Below, in pieces: positions 46,425 through 57,904 of a stretch of 64,000 nt of DNA. Position numbers and translations under genes: made by a program. How positions within the stretch are numbered: position 1 is the first letter of the stretch; each line of letters begins with the position of its first letter. The notes beneath the pieces are model-generated. The model was not told the origin of the DNA, made no database searches, and was given only the letters and a program-made list of their open reading frames with translations. The DNA is from an uncultured Gammaproteobacteria bacterium (GTDB lineage Bacteria > Pseudomonadota > Gammaproteobacteria > UBA9214): positions 192,001 to 256,000 of the forward strand of contig CAVYZN010000032.1 in assembly GCA_963773065.1 (NCBI GenBank), given 5' to 3'.

Positions 46425-48553
46425 ATGGATTCGCTCGCGATAGCTGACAACCTGGACCGCCTGCCGGTCACGGTCCTCAAGGGAGTGGGGCCGCGGGTCG
46501 CCGGCCGCCTCGAGCGCCTCGGCCTGCGCACCATGCAGGACGTGCTGTTCCACCTGCCGCTGCGTTACGAGGACCGCACGCGCGTCGTACCCGATGGGCG
46601 CGCTGCGCCCCGGCGACCAGGCGGTGGTGCCAGGGCGAGGTCGAGCTGGCCGAGGTGCACTTCGGACGCCGGCGTTCCCTGCTGGTGCGCATCGGCGACG
46701 GCACCGGTTTCCTGACCCTGCGCTTTTTCCATTTCAACGCCGCGCAGCAGGCCGGTTTGCAGCCGCGGCGCCGGCATCCGCTGTTACGGCGAGGTGCGCG
46801 CCGGCCCGCTGACGGCGGAAATGATCCATCCGGAATACCGCCTGATCGATCCGTCCACGGCCCGTCCCCGTCGAGGAGCACCTGACGCCGGTTTACCCGG
46901 CCACGGAAGGGGTACACCAGCTCACCCTGCGCGCGCTGACCGCTCAGGCGCTGCGATTATCTGGACGGGCGGGGATGGAGCAGGCCGCCGTGCGGATCAC
47001 CGACTGGCTGCCGCGAGAAACTCCTCGCGCCCTGCCGGATGACCTCGCTGCAGGAGGCGCTACGCTACGTCCACCGCCCGCCCCCCGATGCCGCGCTGGC
47101 AACTGCTGGCCGAAGGCCGCCACCCCGCCCAGCAGCGGCTTGCCTTCGAGGAGCTGCTGGCGCATCACCTGAGCCTGCGCCGGTTACGGCTGCGCGGGCA
47201 ACAGACGGCGGCGCCGGTGCTCTCGGGCGGGGATGGCCTGGTGGCAGTGCCTTCGTGCGTTCGCTGCCGTTTGCGCTCACCGCGTGCGCAGCAACGGGTG
47301 AACCGCGAGATCCGCGCCGATCTGGCGAAGCCGCACCCGATGGCGCGTCTGGTGCAGGGGGATGTGGGTTCCGGCAAGACCGTGGTGGCGGCCTGTGCCG
47401 CGTTGACCGCGGTGCAGGCCGGATACCAGGCGGCCATGATGGCGCCGACCGAACTGCTGGCGGAGCAGCATTACCGCAGTTTCAGCGAGTGGCTGGCCCC
47501 ACTGGGGGTCAACGTCGTGTGGCATGCCGGGAAAAGCCGGGGCCGGGAGCGGTCGCTCGCCTTGCAGGCGATCCGGGACGGGCGCGGCGGCGGTGGCCGT
47601 CGGCACCCACGCTCTGTTCCAGCAGGAGGTCGAGTTCGCGCGCCTGGGACTGGTCATCATCGACGAACAGCACCGCTTCGGCGTGCATCAGCGCCTGGCG
47701 CTGCGCGACAAGGGACGCGCGGGGGAACAGCGTCCCCATCAACTGGTCATGACGGCCACGCCGATACCGCGCACCCTGGCCATGACCGTCTACGCCGACC
47801 TGGACACCTCGGTGATCGATGAACTGCCGCCTGGGCGCCTGCCGGTGCAGACGGTGGCCATCAGCCAGGAACGCCGCGAGGAGGTCATGCAGCGGGTGCG
47901 CGGCGCCTGCAACGCGGGGCGGCAGGCCTACTGGGTGTGCACCCTGATCGAGGAATCCGAGGCGCTGCAATGCCAGGCCGCGGAAAAGACCGCCGCGCTC
48001 CTGGCCACCAGTCCTGCCGGACGTGCGCATCGGTCTCGTGCACGGGCGTCTGAGGCCGGCGGAGAAGGAAGCCGTCATGGCCGCATTCAAGGCCGGAGCC
48101 AGCGACCTGCTGGTGGCGACGACCGTCATCGAGGTCGGGGTGGATGTCCCGAATGCCACCCTGATGATCATCGAAAATCCGGAACGCCTCGGCCTGGCGC
48201 AGTTGCACCAGCTGCGCGGGCGGGTGGGGCGCGGGCGGGAACAAAGCAGTTGCGTGCTGCTGTATCAACCGCCCCTGTCCGCCGCGGCGCGCGATCGCCT
48301 GGCGGCGCTGCGGGAAACGAATGACGGCTTCGAGATCGCGCGCCGCGACATGGTGCTGCGCGGCCCCGGCGAGGTGCTCGGCACGCGCCAGACCGGTGAG
48401 ATGAAATTTCATATCGCCGACCTGCTGCGCGACGAAACCCTGCTCTCCGCGGTCGAGCAGACGGCCGCGGAGTTGCTGGCCTGCTGCCCGGAAAACGTCA
48501 CGCCGCTGATCCGCCGCTGGCTGGGCGATGCGGTCCATTACGGCGAGGTGTAG
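46425..48553 (+). CDS. recG: ATP-dependent DNA helicase RecG (several frameshifts)
   Basis: LPLRYEDRT, QGDVGSGKT, DEQHRFGV, QLHQLRGRVGRG. Confidence 0.93.
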
Positions 48554-48624
48554 GCGTCTGTCTGACTACCGAACATTACACTGTTCATGACACCCGCGGT
48601 TGGGTTTGCAGCCATGCCAATATG

Positions 48625-48684
48625 GCCACGGAAGCACACGGAATGAACGCATTCAGAATCTTTTTTTCCGTGTGCTTCCGTGGC
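48625..48684. repeat. GCCACGGAA-type inverted-repeat element, copy 2
   Basis: Perfect 19-bp IR GCCACGGAAGCACACGGAA / TTCCGTGTGCTTCCGTGGC. Confidence 0.85.
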
Positions 48685-48803
48685 TATTCAGTCAGACTGC
48701 GAAAGCGCCACGACGGTCCACCGGCTCGGGCCGGGCGGCCGGCAACCCCGGGTGAAAACATGCGATAATTTCCGCCCGCATCAACCTTGAGCGACTGGCA
48801 AAC

Positions 48804-49430
48804 TTGAACAATCCCGATGTTTTGACACCCGCGGCAACCCGCTGGCAACCCCGCCGGTCGTTACCGGCGCAGCGAATGCCGGCCGAGCTGGCCGTCTGGC
48901 TGCTCGACTCCGGCGTCGCTGACGCGGCGGCTGCAGGGGCTGTGCGCGGGGCAATTCCAGGTCAGGGTCCTGTCGCAGGTCCGGGGCAGGCCGCGCCAGG
49001 ACGAGGCACGGGTGCTCGGTATGCGCCGCGGCGGCCTCGGCGATCATTCGGCAGGTGAGCTGCTGTGCGATGAGCAGCCGCGGGTCTATGCGCGTACCGT
49101 GATACCGGAGTCGTCCCTGAAGGGGCCGGTTGCGCCGGCTGGACCGTCTCGGCACTCCGGCCGCTCGGCGCCATGCTGTTTGCCGATCGCGGCATGCGCC
49201 GCGGCGTCGTCGAACTGGCGCGGATCCTGTCCCGGCCAGACGCTGTTTGCGGATGCCGTGCGCGGCCGGCAGCCGGCCCATGGCGAGATCTGGGGGCGGC
49301 GTTCGGTATTCCGGCTGGCCCACAAACCGCTGCTGGTGAGTGAAATCTTCCTGCCGGACTTCCCCGCCGCAGGCGGGTCCGCCAGCCCACCGCGGCTAAC
49401 CGCCAGCTCGAGTACTGAAGGGGCTGATGA
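48804..49430 (+). CDS. ubiC: Chorismate lyase (frameshifted)
   Basis: WLLDSG, VYARTVIP, IWGRRSVF, LLVSEIFLP; upstream of ubiA. Confidence 0.8.
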
Positions 49431-49487
49431 ACAACGCTTCGTATCGCCTGCCGGTGGAAGGCGCGTTGTTGTAGTACACCGTTAGCC

Positions 49488-50369
49488 ATGATCGCATTGC
49501 TTGCCGGCCGCCTGCGGGATTATGCGCTGCTGATGCGGCTCAACCGGCCGATCGGCATTTTCCTGCTGCTCTGGCCCGCGCTCTGGGCTCTGCTGATCGC
49601 CGGTGCAGGACAACCGGCCCCGCGGATAGTGCTGGTTTTCATTGCGGGCGTCATCCTGATGCGCTCGGCGGGCTGCGTCATCAATGACTTCGCCGACCGG
49701 GAAATCGACCGGCACGTGTCGCGCACGCGCAACCGGCCCGTGACCGCGGGACGGGTCAGTCCCAGGGAGGCGAAACTGCTGTTCACCGCCTTGTGCCTGG
49801 CCGCATTCGCGCTCGTGCTGTTGCTCAATTCCCTGACCATCATGCTGTCTTTCGTGGCGGTGCTGCTGGCGGGCACCTATCCCTTCATGAAACGGGTGAC
49901 CCATCTGCCCCAGGTGTATCTCGGCGCCGCTTTCGGCTGGTCGGTACCCATGGCCTTCGCCGCGGTCACCAATACCGTCCCGACGCTCGCCTGGCTGATG
50001 TTCACCGCGACGGTGTTGTGGGCGACCGTTTACGACACCATGTACGCCATGGTGGACCGGGATGACGATATCGTGCTCGGCGTGAAGTCGACGGCGATCC
50101 TGTTCGGCGACGCCGATCGCCAGATCATCGGCGTACTGCAGGTCATGCTGCTGGTGTGCCTGGCCATGATCGGGCGCCAGGCCGGGCTGGGTTGGTTCTA
50201 CTACGGGAGCCTGGTCATGGCCGCCCTGCTCTCGCTCTACCAGCAGGGCTCTGATCCGCTACCGCGAACGCGAGAACTGCTTCCGGGCCTTTCTGAACAA
50301 CAACTGGTTCGGCGCGGTGATCTTCGTTGGCATGCTGCTGGACTATCTGTTCGCCACCCGGCCGGCTAG
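49488..50369 (+). CDS. ubiA: 4-hydroxybenzoate octaprenyltransferase
   Basis: [27 protein letters not shown]. Confidence 0.95.
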   Translation: MIALLAGRLRDYALLMRLNRPIGIFLLLWPALWALLIAGAGQPAPRIVLVFIAGVILMRSAGCVINDFADREIDRHVSRTRNRPVTAGRVSPREAKLLFTALCLAAFALVLLLNSLTIMLSFVAVLLAGTYPFMKRVTHLPQVYLGAAFGWSVPMAFAAVTNTVPTLAWLMFTATVLWATVYDTMYAMVDRDDDIVLGVKSTAILFGDADRQIIGVLQVMLLVCLAMIGRQAGLGWFYYGSLVMAALLSLYQQGSDPLPRTRELLPGLSEQQLVRRGDLRWHAAGLSVRHPAG

Positions 50370-50440
50370 TTGAGGGAATCAAGGATTCCTGTAATTACAG
50401 CGACAACGGCGACGACGTATTTCTTCAGAGAGCATCCGAT

Positions 50441-50528
50441 GCATAACGATTTTCTTCAGCCGCGCCCGCGTTGAAGTATGAAGAAGCCGCGCAGCGTCCC
50501 AGGCGTCGGCTGGAAGAAATGGTTATAC
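50441..50528 (-). repeat. Solitary attC site
   Basis: Minus strand: GTATAAC CATTTCTTCCAGCCG ... CGGCTGAAGAAAATC GTTATGC directly after the stop of the upstream ORF. Confidence 0.75.
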
Positions 50529-51116
50529 TCAGACTCGTTCAAGTAGTAGACACTCCCTCTCATTCTTTGAGCCAAGCCGATACTGACCGCTATTCGAATA
50601 GGTATCGAGCCACGTGCATTTTACTCGGAGATTTGGGCTGTGCAGACCATCCTCCTGTAGAAATTCATATTGATTGGTTCTGCTGGATTTGGACGTCCGG
50701 TGATATGGGTCGTAGCAGTTAACCCACCCATCCTTGACTTCTAAACCCAGGATGTAGTGCCAATACCCGCCTTGGTGTGTCACTCGAAGTAACGCAACCC
50801 CCTCATTGTTGAAGCAATGGGCGATCTTGTTTCCTCGACCAAAATGGACCGTAACACCAGAACAGAAGTCAGCACTCACCCGAAACTTCTTATGGCGATA
50901 TCCATTTAGCCAATTTCCAAGAAGCTGGACAGCTAGGCCTGACGTCCCATGCCCCATATTCTGATGCGATGAAAGGGAGTCGAGGCAATACAGATAGATT
51001 CGCTGGATGACCAACGGAGGAATTTCGCGGCGCTCGAAGAGGCGACTTACGGCATTCAAGAATGTCGTAGGTACACAATCGTATTCCGAGGTTTGCTGTC
51101 TAAACGGAGTCTTCAT
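50529..51116 (-). CDS. Peptidase C39-like protein (lower-GC cassette gene)
   Basis: QQTSEYDCVPT (Q..C), WHYIL (H), YDPY (D) catalytic pattern. Confidence 0.7.
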   Translation of the reverse strand: MKTPFRQQTSEYDCVPTTFLNAVSRLFERREIPPLVIQRIYLYCLDSLSSHQNMGHGTSGLAVQLLGNWLNGYRHKKFRVSADFCSGVTVHFGRGNKIAHCFNNEGVALLRVTHQGGYWHYILGLEVKDGWVNCYDPYHRTSKSSRTNQYEFLQEDGLHSPNLRVKCTWLDTYSNSGQYRLGSKNERECLLLERV

Positions 51117-51397
51117 AGGGTATAACTACAATTGGGGAGTCTAAAAGCTCCGTTGTAAACGGCGAATATGGGCTCCATATCACTATCGTTCCAATAAAGA
51201 TCAAAAGCATGATCTCTGATATAGGAGCTTAATTGAAAAAACAAACGGAGCACAATGCAGGACAGATTGCCTTCAGATTGATGTTGCATATCCCCAGGAC
51301 TCCCGGTGTCGTTTCTTCTGGTCGATAGCTTCGCCTTGGCGTCTTCGCGGTGAGAAAACGGACAGATCCGCCGCGCACCCGGAAATTCACCGGCGTC

Positions 51398-52105
51398 TCA
51401 GTGCCCCGAACGGGCGATGACCCATACCTCCACATACCCGGCCCCGGCGCGGCCCAGCACGCGGGCGAGTTCATCCGCCGTGTGGCCGGTGGTCATGACG
51501 TCGTCGACGATGGCCACGTGCGCGGCAGGCAGATCGCCGGCCAGGGTGAAGGCGTTGCGCAGGTTGCGCCGGCGTTGCCGCAGCGGCGTCAGGGACTGCG
51601 GTTGGGTGTGTCTGTTGCGCCGGCAGAGGCGGTGATCGACCGGCACGGACAGCCGCCGGCCGAGGTGCCGCGCCAGTTCCATGGCCTGGTTGAAACCGCG
51701 CTCACGCAATCGCGTACGGTGCAGGGGAACCGGGATGATGAGACCGGGCAGCGGGGTTGCCCGGGCGGCGATCTTTTCGGCCAGCAGGTCGGCCAGCAAC
51801 GGCGCGACGGCCAGTTCGCCGGAGAACTTCAGCCGCTGGATCAGGTAATCGGCCGGCGGCAGGTAGTGCAGCAGGGCGGTGGCCGCGTCGAAGGCGGGCG
51901 GTCGCTTCAGGCAGGCGCCGCACAGCAGGGTATCGACCCCGGCCGGCAGGGGAAGGGCGCATTGCCGACAGCCGGTCTCGTGCCAGGGCAGGTCATCGAG
52001 GCAGGCCTGGCACAGGCCGGGATCGGCGGCGGGCGCCGTACCGCAGAGCCGGCAGCGGGACGGGAACAGCAGGGCTTGCAGCCACCCCGGCCAGTTGTAA
52101 ACCAT
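51398..52105 (-). CDS. comF: ComF family amidophosphoribosyltransferase-like protein
   Basis: Double Zn finger, RERGFNQA, VDDVMTTG. Confidence 0.9.
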   Translation of the reverse strand: MVYNWPGWLQALLFPSRCRLCGTAPAADPGLCQACLDDLPWHETGCRQCALPLPAGVDTLLCGACLKRPPAFDAATALLHYLPPADYLIQRLKFSGELAVAPLLADLLAEKIAARATPLPGLIIPVPLHRTRLRERGFNQAMELARHLGRRLSVPVDHRLCRRNRHTQPQSLTPLRQRRRNLRNAFTLAGDLPAAHVAIVDDVMTTGHTADELARVLGRAGAGYVEVWVIARSGH

Positions 52106-52185
52106 TGGATTCCATTCCGGTTGACAGATGGAATTGACGGCCCCATAGTCCCTGAGCCCTGTTTCCATCATCCAGTAACAATCTT

Positions 52186-53166
52186 ATGAACAAGCCAACG
52201 CTGCGTCTGTCGGAAAATCCTGATCCCGGCGTGCGCCACGACTGGTCCCGTGCCGAGGTCCGGTCACTTTTCGAACTGCCCTTCAATGAGTTGCTGTACC
52301 AGGCCCAGACGATCCACCGGCGGCATTTCGATCCCAATGCCGTACAGATCAGCACGCTGCTCAGCATCAAGACCGGCGGCTGTCCGGAAGACTGCGGCTA
52401 CTGTCCGCAAAGCGTGCACCACGACACCGGGCTCGAACCCGAACCCCTGCTGGATGTCGAGGCGGTGGTGACGGCGGCGCGGCGCGCCCGGGACAGCGGC
52501 GCCACGCGCTTCTGCATGGGGGCGGCCTGGCGCAATCCGCGCGGCCGCAATTTCGAGCGGGTGCTGGAGATGGTGCGCCGGGTGCGCGCCGAAGGGCTGG
52601 AGACCTGCGTGACGCTGGGCATGCTGGATGCGGAACAGGCGCGGGCGCTCAAGCAGGCCGGCCTGGACTACTACAACCATAATCTGGACACCTCGCCGGA
52701 GTTCTATGGCGAAATCATCACCACGCGCCGCTATCAGGACCGGCTGGATACCCTCGAGCATGTCCGTACCGCCGGTATCAACGTCTGCTGCGGGGGCATC
52801 CTCGGGCTGGGTGAAAGCCGCGCCGATCGCGTGTCGCTGTTGTGCGAACTGGCGAACCTGCCGGAACATCCCGGCAGCGTGCCGCTCAACCAGTTGGTGA
52901 AGGTCGCCGGTACGCCGCTGGAAAACGAGCCCGGCATCGAACCGCTGGAATTCGTGCGCACCATCGCCGTGGCGCGCCTGCTGATGCCGCGCTCCCGGAT
53001 ACGGCTGTCCGCCGGGCGCACCGGCATGACGGATGAGCTGCAGGCGCTGTGTTTCCTGGCCGGCGCCAATTCGATTTTCTACGGCGAGAAACTGCTGACC
53101 ACCGGCAACCCGGACACGGCCCGCGATGACGCGCTGTTCGAGAAGCTCGGCCTGCACCCGGCCTGA
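52186..53166 (+). CDS. bioB: Biotin synthase
   Basis: [10 protein letters not shown] radical-SAM motif, YNHNLDT. Confidence 0.96.
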   Translation: MNKPTLRLSENPDPGVRHDWSRAEVRSLFELPFNELLYQAQTIHRRHFDPNAVQISTLLSIKTGGCPEDCGYCPQSVHHDTGLEPEPLLDVEAVVTAARRARDSGATRFCMGAAWRNPRGRNFERVLEMVRRVRAEGLETCVTLGMLDAEQARALKQAGLDYYNHNLDTSPEFYGEIITTRRYQDRLDTLEHVRTAGINVCCGGILGLGESRADRVSLLCELANLPEHPGSVPLNQLVKVAGTPLENEPGIEPLEFVRTIAVARLLMPRSRIRLSAGRTGMTDELQALCFLAGANSIFYGEKLLTTGNPDTARDDALFEKLGLHPA

Positions 53167-53243
53167 AACGGGCGGGAACCCGAATGACACTTTACTTGGG
53201 CGGTTCCACATTAAAAAACGCGTTGTGTTGCTGCGCAACGCTT

Positions 53244-53425
53244 GGTGGGTTACGCAAAAAACGCTAACCCACCCTACATTTCTGTTGATGATGATACACC
53301 GCGTTTGCGGCCAAGCCCGCTCCTACAGGAATGGCACTTAACTTAAGCCCTAATCCCGGTAACTAGCCACGGAAGCACACGGAAGGCATAGCCGTGTTGG
53401 CGATTATTCCGTGTTCTTCCGTGGC
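53244..53425. repeat. Cluster of REP-like (GTAG-type) hairpins plus GCCACGGAA element copy 3
   Basis: GGTGGGTTACGC..GCTAACCCACCCTAC; GCGGCCAAGCCCGCTCCTAC; GCCACGGAAGCACACGGAA..TTCCGTGTTCTTCCGTGGC. Confidence 0.7.
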
Positions 53426-53439
53426 CAACTCGCCTTTCG

Positions 53440-54618
53440 ATGAAAGACCTCTCGGTAAATCTCCAGGCGCGCAGGGCGGACAACCTCTATCGCAGCCGGC
53501 AGGTACTCGACGGGCCGCAGGGCGTGGAGGTCTGCATCGAGGGCAGGTCGTACCTGTCGTTCTGCAGCAATGATTACCTCGGGCTGGCGAACCATCCCGA
53601 GGTGGTGGCGGCGTTTCACCGCGGGCTGGATGAATACGGCGCCGGCAGCGGGGCGGCCCACCTGATCAGCGGACACAGCCGCGCCCATCACGCGCTGGAA
53701 GAGGAACTGGCGGATTTCGTCGCTCGCCCGCGGGCGTTGCTGTTTTCCACCGGCTATATGGCCAACCTCGGCGTGGTGTCGGCGCTGGTCGGGCACGGCG
53801 ACCGGGTGTACGAGGACCATGCCAATCATGCCTCCCTGCTGGATGGCGCGCGCCTGAGCGGCGCCCGGCTGATCCGCTACCGGCACGGCGATTGCGAGGA
53901 CCTGGAGCGGCGCCTGGCGGGTGCGCCGGCGGGCGAGCAATTGGTGGCGACCGACGGCGTGTTCAGCATGGACGGCGATCTGGCGCCGCTTGAGCCGCTG
54001 GCGCGGACCGCGGCGCGCCACGCGGCCTGGTTGCTGGTGGATGATGCGCACGGCCTCGGCGTGATCGGTCCCGGGGGCAGGGGGACGCTGGCGCATTGCG
54101 GCCTGGATCATGCGCAGGCGCCGATCCTCGTCGGCACCCTGGGCAAGGCCTTCGGGACTTTCGGCGCCTTCGTCGCCGGCGGCGAGGCGCTGATCGAAAC
54201 GCTGATCCAGGAGGCGCGGACCTATATCTACACCACGGCCCCCCCGCCGGCCGTGGCCGCCGCCACGCGCGCCGCCCTGCGGCTGGTCCGGGAGGAAGAC
54301 TGGCGCCGCGATCACCTGCAGGCGCTGGTGCAACGCTTCCGGCGCGGTGCGGCGCAGCTCGGACTGGTGCTCACCGGGTCGTCCACGCCGATCCAGCCGT
54401 TGATCGTCGGGGAGGCCGCCGCGGCGCTGCGCTTGAGCGCGGCCCTGCGCGAGCGCGGGGTACTGATCAGCGCAATCCGCCCGCCCACGGTCCCGCCGGG
54501 ATCGGCGCGCCTGCGCATCACCTTCTCGGCGGCGCACAGCACGGCGCAGGTGGATTACCTGCTGGGTGCGCTCGAGAAACTGCTTCCGCTGCAAACGACA
54601 GAGATTTTGCAGGATTGA
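53440..54618 (+). CDS. bioF: 8-amino-7-oxononanoate synthase
   Basis: [41 protein letters not shown]. Confidence 0.96.
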   Translation: MKDLSVNLQARRADNLYRSRQVLDGPQGVEVCIEGRSYLSFCSNDYLGLANHPEVVAAFHRGLDEYGAGSGAAHLISGHSRAHHALEEELADFVARPRALLFSTGYMANLGVVSALVGHGDRVYEDHANHASLLDGARLSGARLIRYRHGDCEDLERRLAGAPAGEQLVATDGVFSMDGDLAPLEPLARTAARHAAWLLVDDAHGLGVIGPGGRGTLAHCGLDHAQAPILVGTLGKAFGTFGAFVAGGEALIETLIQEARTYIYTTAPPPAVAAATRAALRLVREEDWRRDHLQALVQRFRRGAAQLGLVLTGSSTPIQPLIVGEAAAALRLSAALRERGVLISAIRPPTVPPGSARLRITFSAAHSTAQVDYLLGALEKLLPLQTTEILQD

Positions 54619-54650
54619 TTTGGAAATGCCTTGCAGAAAAAAATTATTCA

Positions 54651-54678
54651 CCGCAAAGACGCAAAGGACGCAGAGAAA
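54651..54678 (+). repeat. Left 28-bp inverted repeat bounding the C-depleted tract
   Basis: CCGCAAAGACGCAAAGGACGCAGAGAAA; 27/28 match to the reverse complement of 57541-57568. Confidence 0.92.
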
Positions 54679-54843
54679 GACATTATAAGGATTATAATCC
54701 TTATATTGAAGTATAGATATGTAGTTTTGTTGATGTTGAGGGTATTAGGTTACGCGAATATTTAAAAAATGTAGAAAAAGTTTGATATGAAATTGATTTG
54801 GAGGTGTGTGTTGTTGTTGGTGTTGTTTTTAGAGAGAGTAAGT

Positions 54844-56100
54844 GGTGACTGAAGGGTTTGTTAGGATATTTTATGTTGTTGTGTTTAAGTTTGTTTGTTG
54901 TTTGGAATGGATTTTTTTTTGTTGGTTGTTTTATTACGCTATGTAGGATGTTTGTTGAATTTTTGATGGTTGTATGTTTAATTTGGAAGGTTGGGTTATT
55001 AGTGTTATGGGGTTATTAGTTGTGAGGTGTATTGGATATTTATTATAAGTTGATAGAGTGAGAGTAGGTATGGTGTTGATTTGTTTGTGTGTTTGTTGTA
55101 ATTGGTGTAAGTGGTGTTTTTGAATGAATTGGTGAATTGATTATAGATGATATGTTGGTTTTGTGTTGTGTGAAGTAGGATTTGGTTTAGTATAAATATG
55201 ATATAGTTATAAGGTTAATAGGTTTATTTTTTTGTATAGTTAGTGTTGGGTTATGTTGGTATTGGTGTGTGTGTTAGGTTGGGTTTGGTGTTGATGATAT
55301 TGATTTGTTTTTGGTTGATAGAAGAATTGGGTTTATGTGGTAAGTTTTGGGTGGTGAGGTAATTGATAGATTTGATTAGGGGGTATGTTAAGGAGGTGTG
55401 TTTGTTGATAGATGTATGTTTTATGTGTTAGAGTTTGATTTTGTTTTTGTTAGAATAGTAGGTGTGTATTATAGGGTAGGTGTGTTGGGATATGGTGTTG
55501 TTTTTGTTGTTGGATCGAGAAATTAGGTGTTGAAACGTAAATAAGAGTAGTGGATAGATGTGTTTATGTTGGATATGTTGTTTGTGTAGGAGATAGTTTT
55601 GATGTTGTATGGTAAGATGTAGTGGGTGAGGTTGTGTTTGTTTATGTTGTGTTGTGATTTTTGAAGGGGGTGTTGGTGTGAGTGTTGTGTTGTGAGATGT
55701 GTTAGGATGATAATATTTGGTGTGTTTGTGATTGATTTTGGTGATTGAGATAGTATTGTTGGTTTTAGTTGTGGTGGATATTATGTTGAGTGTTGGGGTA
55801 TTGAGTTGTTGTTTTATATTTGAAGTGATGGTGGGGATTGATGAATTGTGTTAGTTATAGAAGGTGTATTGGAATTGTGGATGAGGTTAGTTAATGGTGT
55901 ATGTTTTGGTGTAATTGTTGTTTTGAAGTTGTGGGAATTTTTTGTTGATGGATTGTATTTGGTGTAGAGAGTGTTGATTATGGTTGGATTTTTTGGTTAG
56001 TGATGTGTATTAATTTATGGATTTGTGTGTGTGATGTTTGTAATTTGAAGTGGGGAATTTTGTGATGTTTTTTTTGTTAGGATAAGTGTTTGTAGTGTTG
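54844..56100 (+). pseudogene. IS701/IS4-superfamily DDE transposase, C>T hypermutated
   Basis: Reverting T>C by eye gives HWTTYYKLIER, IDDTLVLR, HSHKANRPTFLHSQCWVTLA, LLIDAWFM, IIGQVRRDTALF, RWGIEPLFH.LKRWWG; CAG/CGA codons now read TAG/TGA; ends approximate. Confidence 0.8.
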
Positions 56101-56201
56101 AAGTATGTGGTATGTGTTTGTGGTTTTGAATGTGTTTTTTATGTTTGTGTGTTGTTAGTATGGATAATTTAGGGTGGTAGGTAATGTTGTGTGTTAAATT
56201 T

Positions 56202-56245
<44 letters not shown>

Positions 56246-56249
56246 TTTT

Positions 56250-57537
56250 GGTTTTTTTGTTTTTTGAGTGTGTTATTGTGTTATTGTGTGTTGAGTTTGT
56301 AGAAGTTGAGTTTGTTGTTGATTAGGTTTATTATTTATGTATGTGTTGTATTGATGTATTGTGTGTTTTGTGTTTGGTGTATTGGTATATTTTGTTTATT
56401 GTTTTTAGGATTTTATTGGTTTGATGTGTTGTGTTTAAGTTATGATGTTTTAGATATGTTTGTGTATTAGTTTGGTATTTTTTTTATGTGTTTGATTTTG
56501 TAGTGTTGATATTGTATATTATTGTTAGAGTATGTTGTTGATTATGTTTATTGTTTGTGATAGAGTATTGTGTATTGTTTATGTTATATTTGTTTGGTGT
56601 TTTGTTTTGTGTTGAGTTTGTTGAGTATGTTGTTGATTTTTGTGTGGTGTTGTGTTGAGAGTTTTGTATTGTGTATTATTTTTTAGTGTATTTTTTGAGG
56701 TTGGTGTGTTTTTTTGTTAGATGTGTGTGTTTGTTTAGGTTTTTGTAGTTGTGTGTGATTATATGTTTTTTGTTGAAGTTGATTTGGTTAGGAAGATTTT
56801 GTTGTATTTTTTGATGAAGGTTGTTGATATGTTGATGTTTATTGAGTTGATGGTATTTATGTTGGTATTATGTGTTTGTAGATTTTTGTTGAGTTGTTGT
56901 ATGTTTGGTTTTATGTTTTTTGTTGATGTATAGTATGTGTGTTGTTTGTTGTTGTTGTTTAGGTTGATATATTTGTGGTTGTGTGTTTGTGAGTTTTTGT
57001 TGATGTTTAGGTGTGTGATTTTGTAGAAGTTGTTTTTGTTTAGTGTGAGATTGATATATCGTTGTAATTGTTGTTATTTGATGTTAGTTTTCGTTGTTGA
57101 GATGTGTTATTGTTGTTAATGGTATTTCGTGTGTTTATATTAGTATTAGTGTTTTATAGAGTAGTGTGTAGTTTGAGAGTTTTTTGTTTTAGTTTGTTTT
57201 GATTTGGTGTATTGCGTTATTAGGTATTTTTATGTGTGTTATGTGTATTTTTAGGTAGTATTTGTGTTGGTAGATATTGAGTTGTTGATAACGTTTGTTT
57301 ATTGTATCGTGTATTGGATGGATGTTAGTCTCATTAGTTACATCGAATTGGTTGTTAGTAGTGAAGTTGATGTTTATGTTTAGAGTTTTTGTTGTCGCGT
57401 CTAAGTCAACGTATGTTACATGTTACGTCTCGGTAATGCTTAGGGTTGTTTCAAAAAGTTTCTCGTTCATCGTGATCTTATCGATTATCAGTAGGTGCGT
57501 TTAGAATACGTCTAGCCACTCAGATTTCAAAAGAGTC
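56250..57537 (-). mobile_element. ISL3 family element, hypermutated (G>A on its coding strand)
   Basis: Minus-strand end GACTCTTTTGAAATCTGAGTGG resembles ISL3 GGCTCTTTTG; other end GGTTTTTTTGTTTTTTGAGTG; 1288 bp; 8-bp flanks TTATTTTT / TAATTTCT. Confidence 0.85.
56280..57470 (-). pseudogene. ISL3 transposase pseudogene
   Basis: Literal MNEKLFETTLSITET*HVTYVDLDATTKTLNININF...HPIHDT..KRYQQLN is consistent with LFEAALGI..W.V..VDLDAAAKTL.I.IDF..GSRF...HPVHDT..KRYR; TGG>TAA; C-terminus resembles GKLDF.KLN. Confidence 0.85.
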
Positions 57538-57540
57538 TAA

Positions 57541-57568
57541 TTTCTCTGCGTTCTTTGCGTCTTTGCGG
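57541..57568 (-). repeat. Right 28-bp inverted repeat bounding the C-depleted tract
   Basis: TTTCTCTGCGTTCTTTGCGTCTTTGCGG. Confidence 0.92.
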
Positions 57569-57840
57569 CTCGGACTGGGGCTCGCCGGGTCGCCCACGCC
57601 GATCCAGCCGCTGATCGTCGGTGAGGCCGCCGCGGCCCTGCGCTTGAGCGCGGCCCTGCGCGAGCGCGGGATCCTGATTAGCGCAATCCGCCCGCCCACG
57701 GTCGCGCCGGGATCGGCGCGCCTGCGCATCACCTTCTCGGCGGCGCACAGCACGGCGCAGGTGGATTACCTGCTGGGTGCGCTTGAGAAACTGCTTCCGC
57801 GGCAAACGACGGAGTTTTTGCAGGATTGATTTGGAAATGC
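57568..57840 (+). pseudogene. Duplicated 3' end of bioF (direct repeat of 54357-54629)
   Basis: 273 bp, no indels, 14 substitutions by manual alignment. Confidence 0.92.
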
Positions 57841-57904
57841 AGTCGTGCGTCTCTGCAGTGAACTGGCTCTTGAATCGATTTAGACGTCCTTGTTCGATTG
57901 ATCG

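Noticed and set aside
56751-57504. Short hydrophobic ORFs 56751-56933 and 57295-57504
   Set aside because: By-products of the T/G-rich converted sequence; the underlying gene is ISL3 on the other strand.
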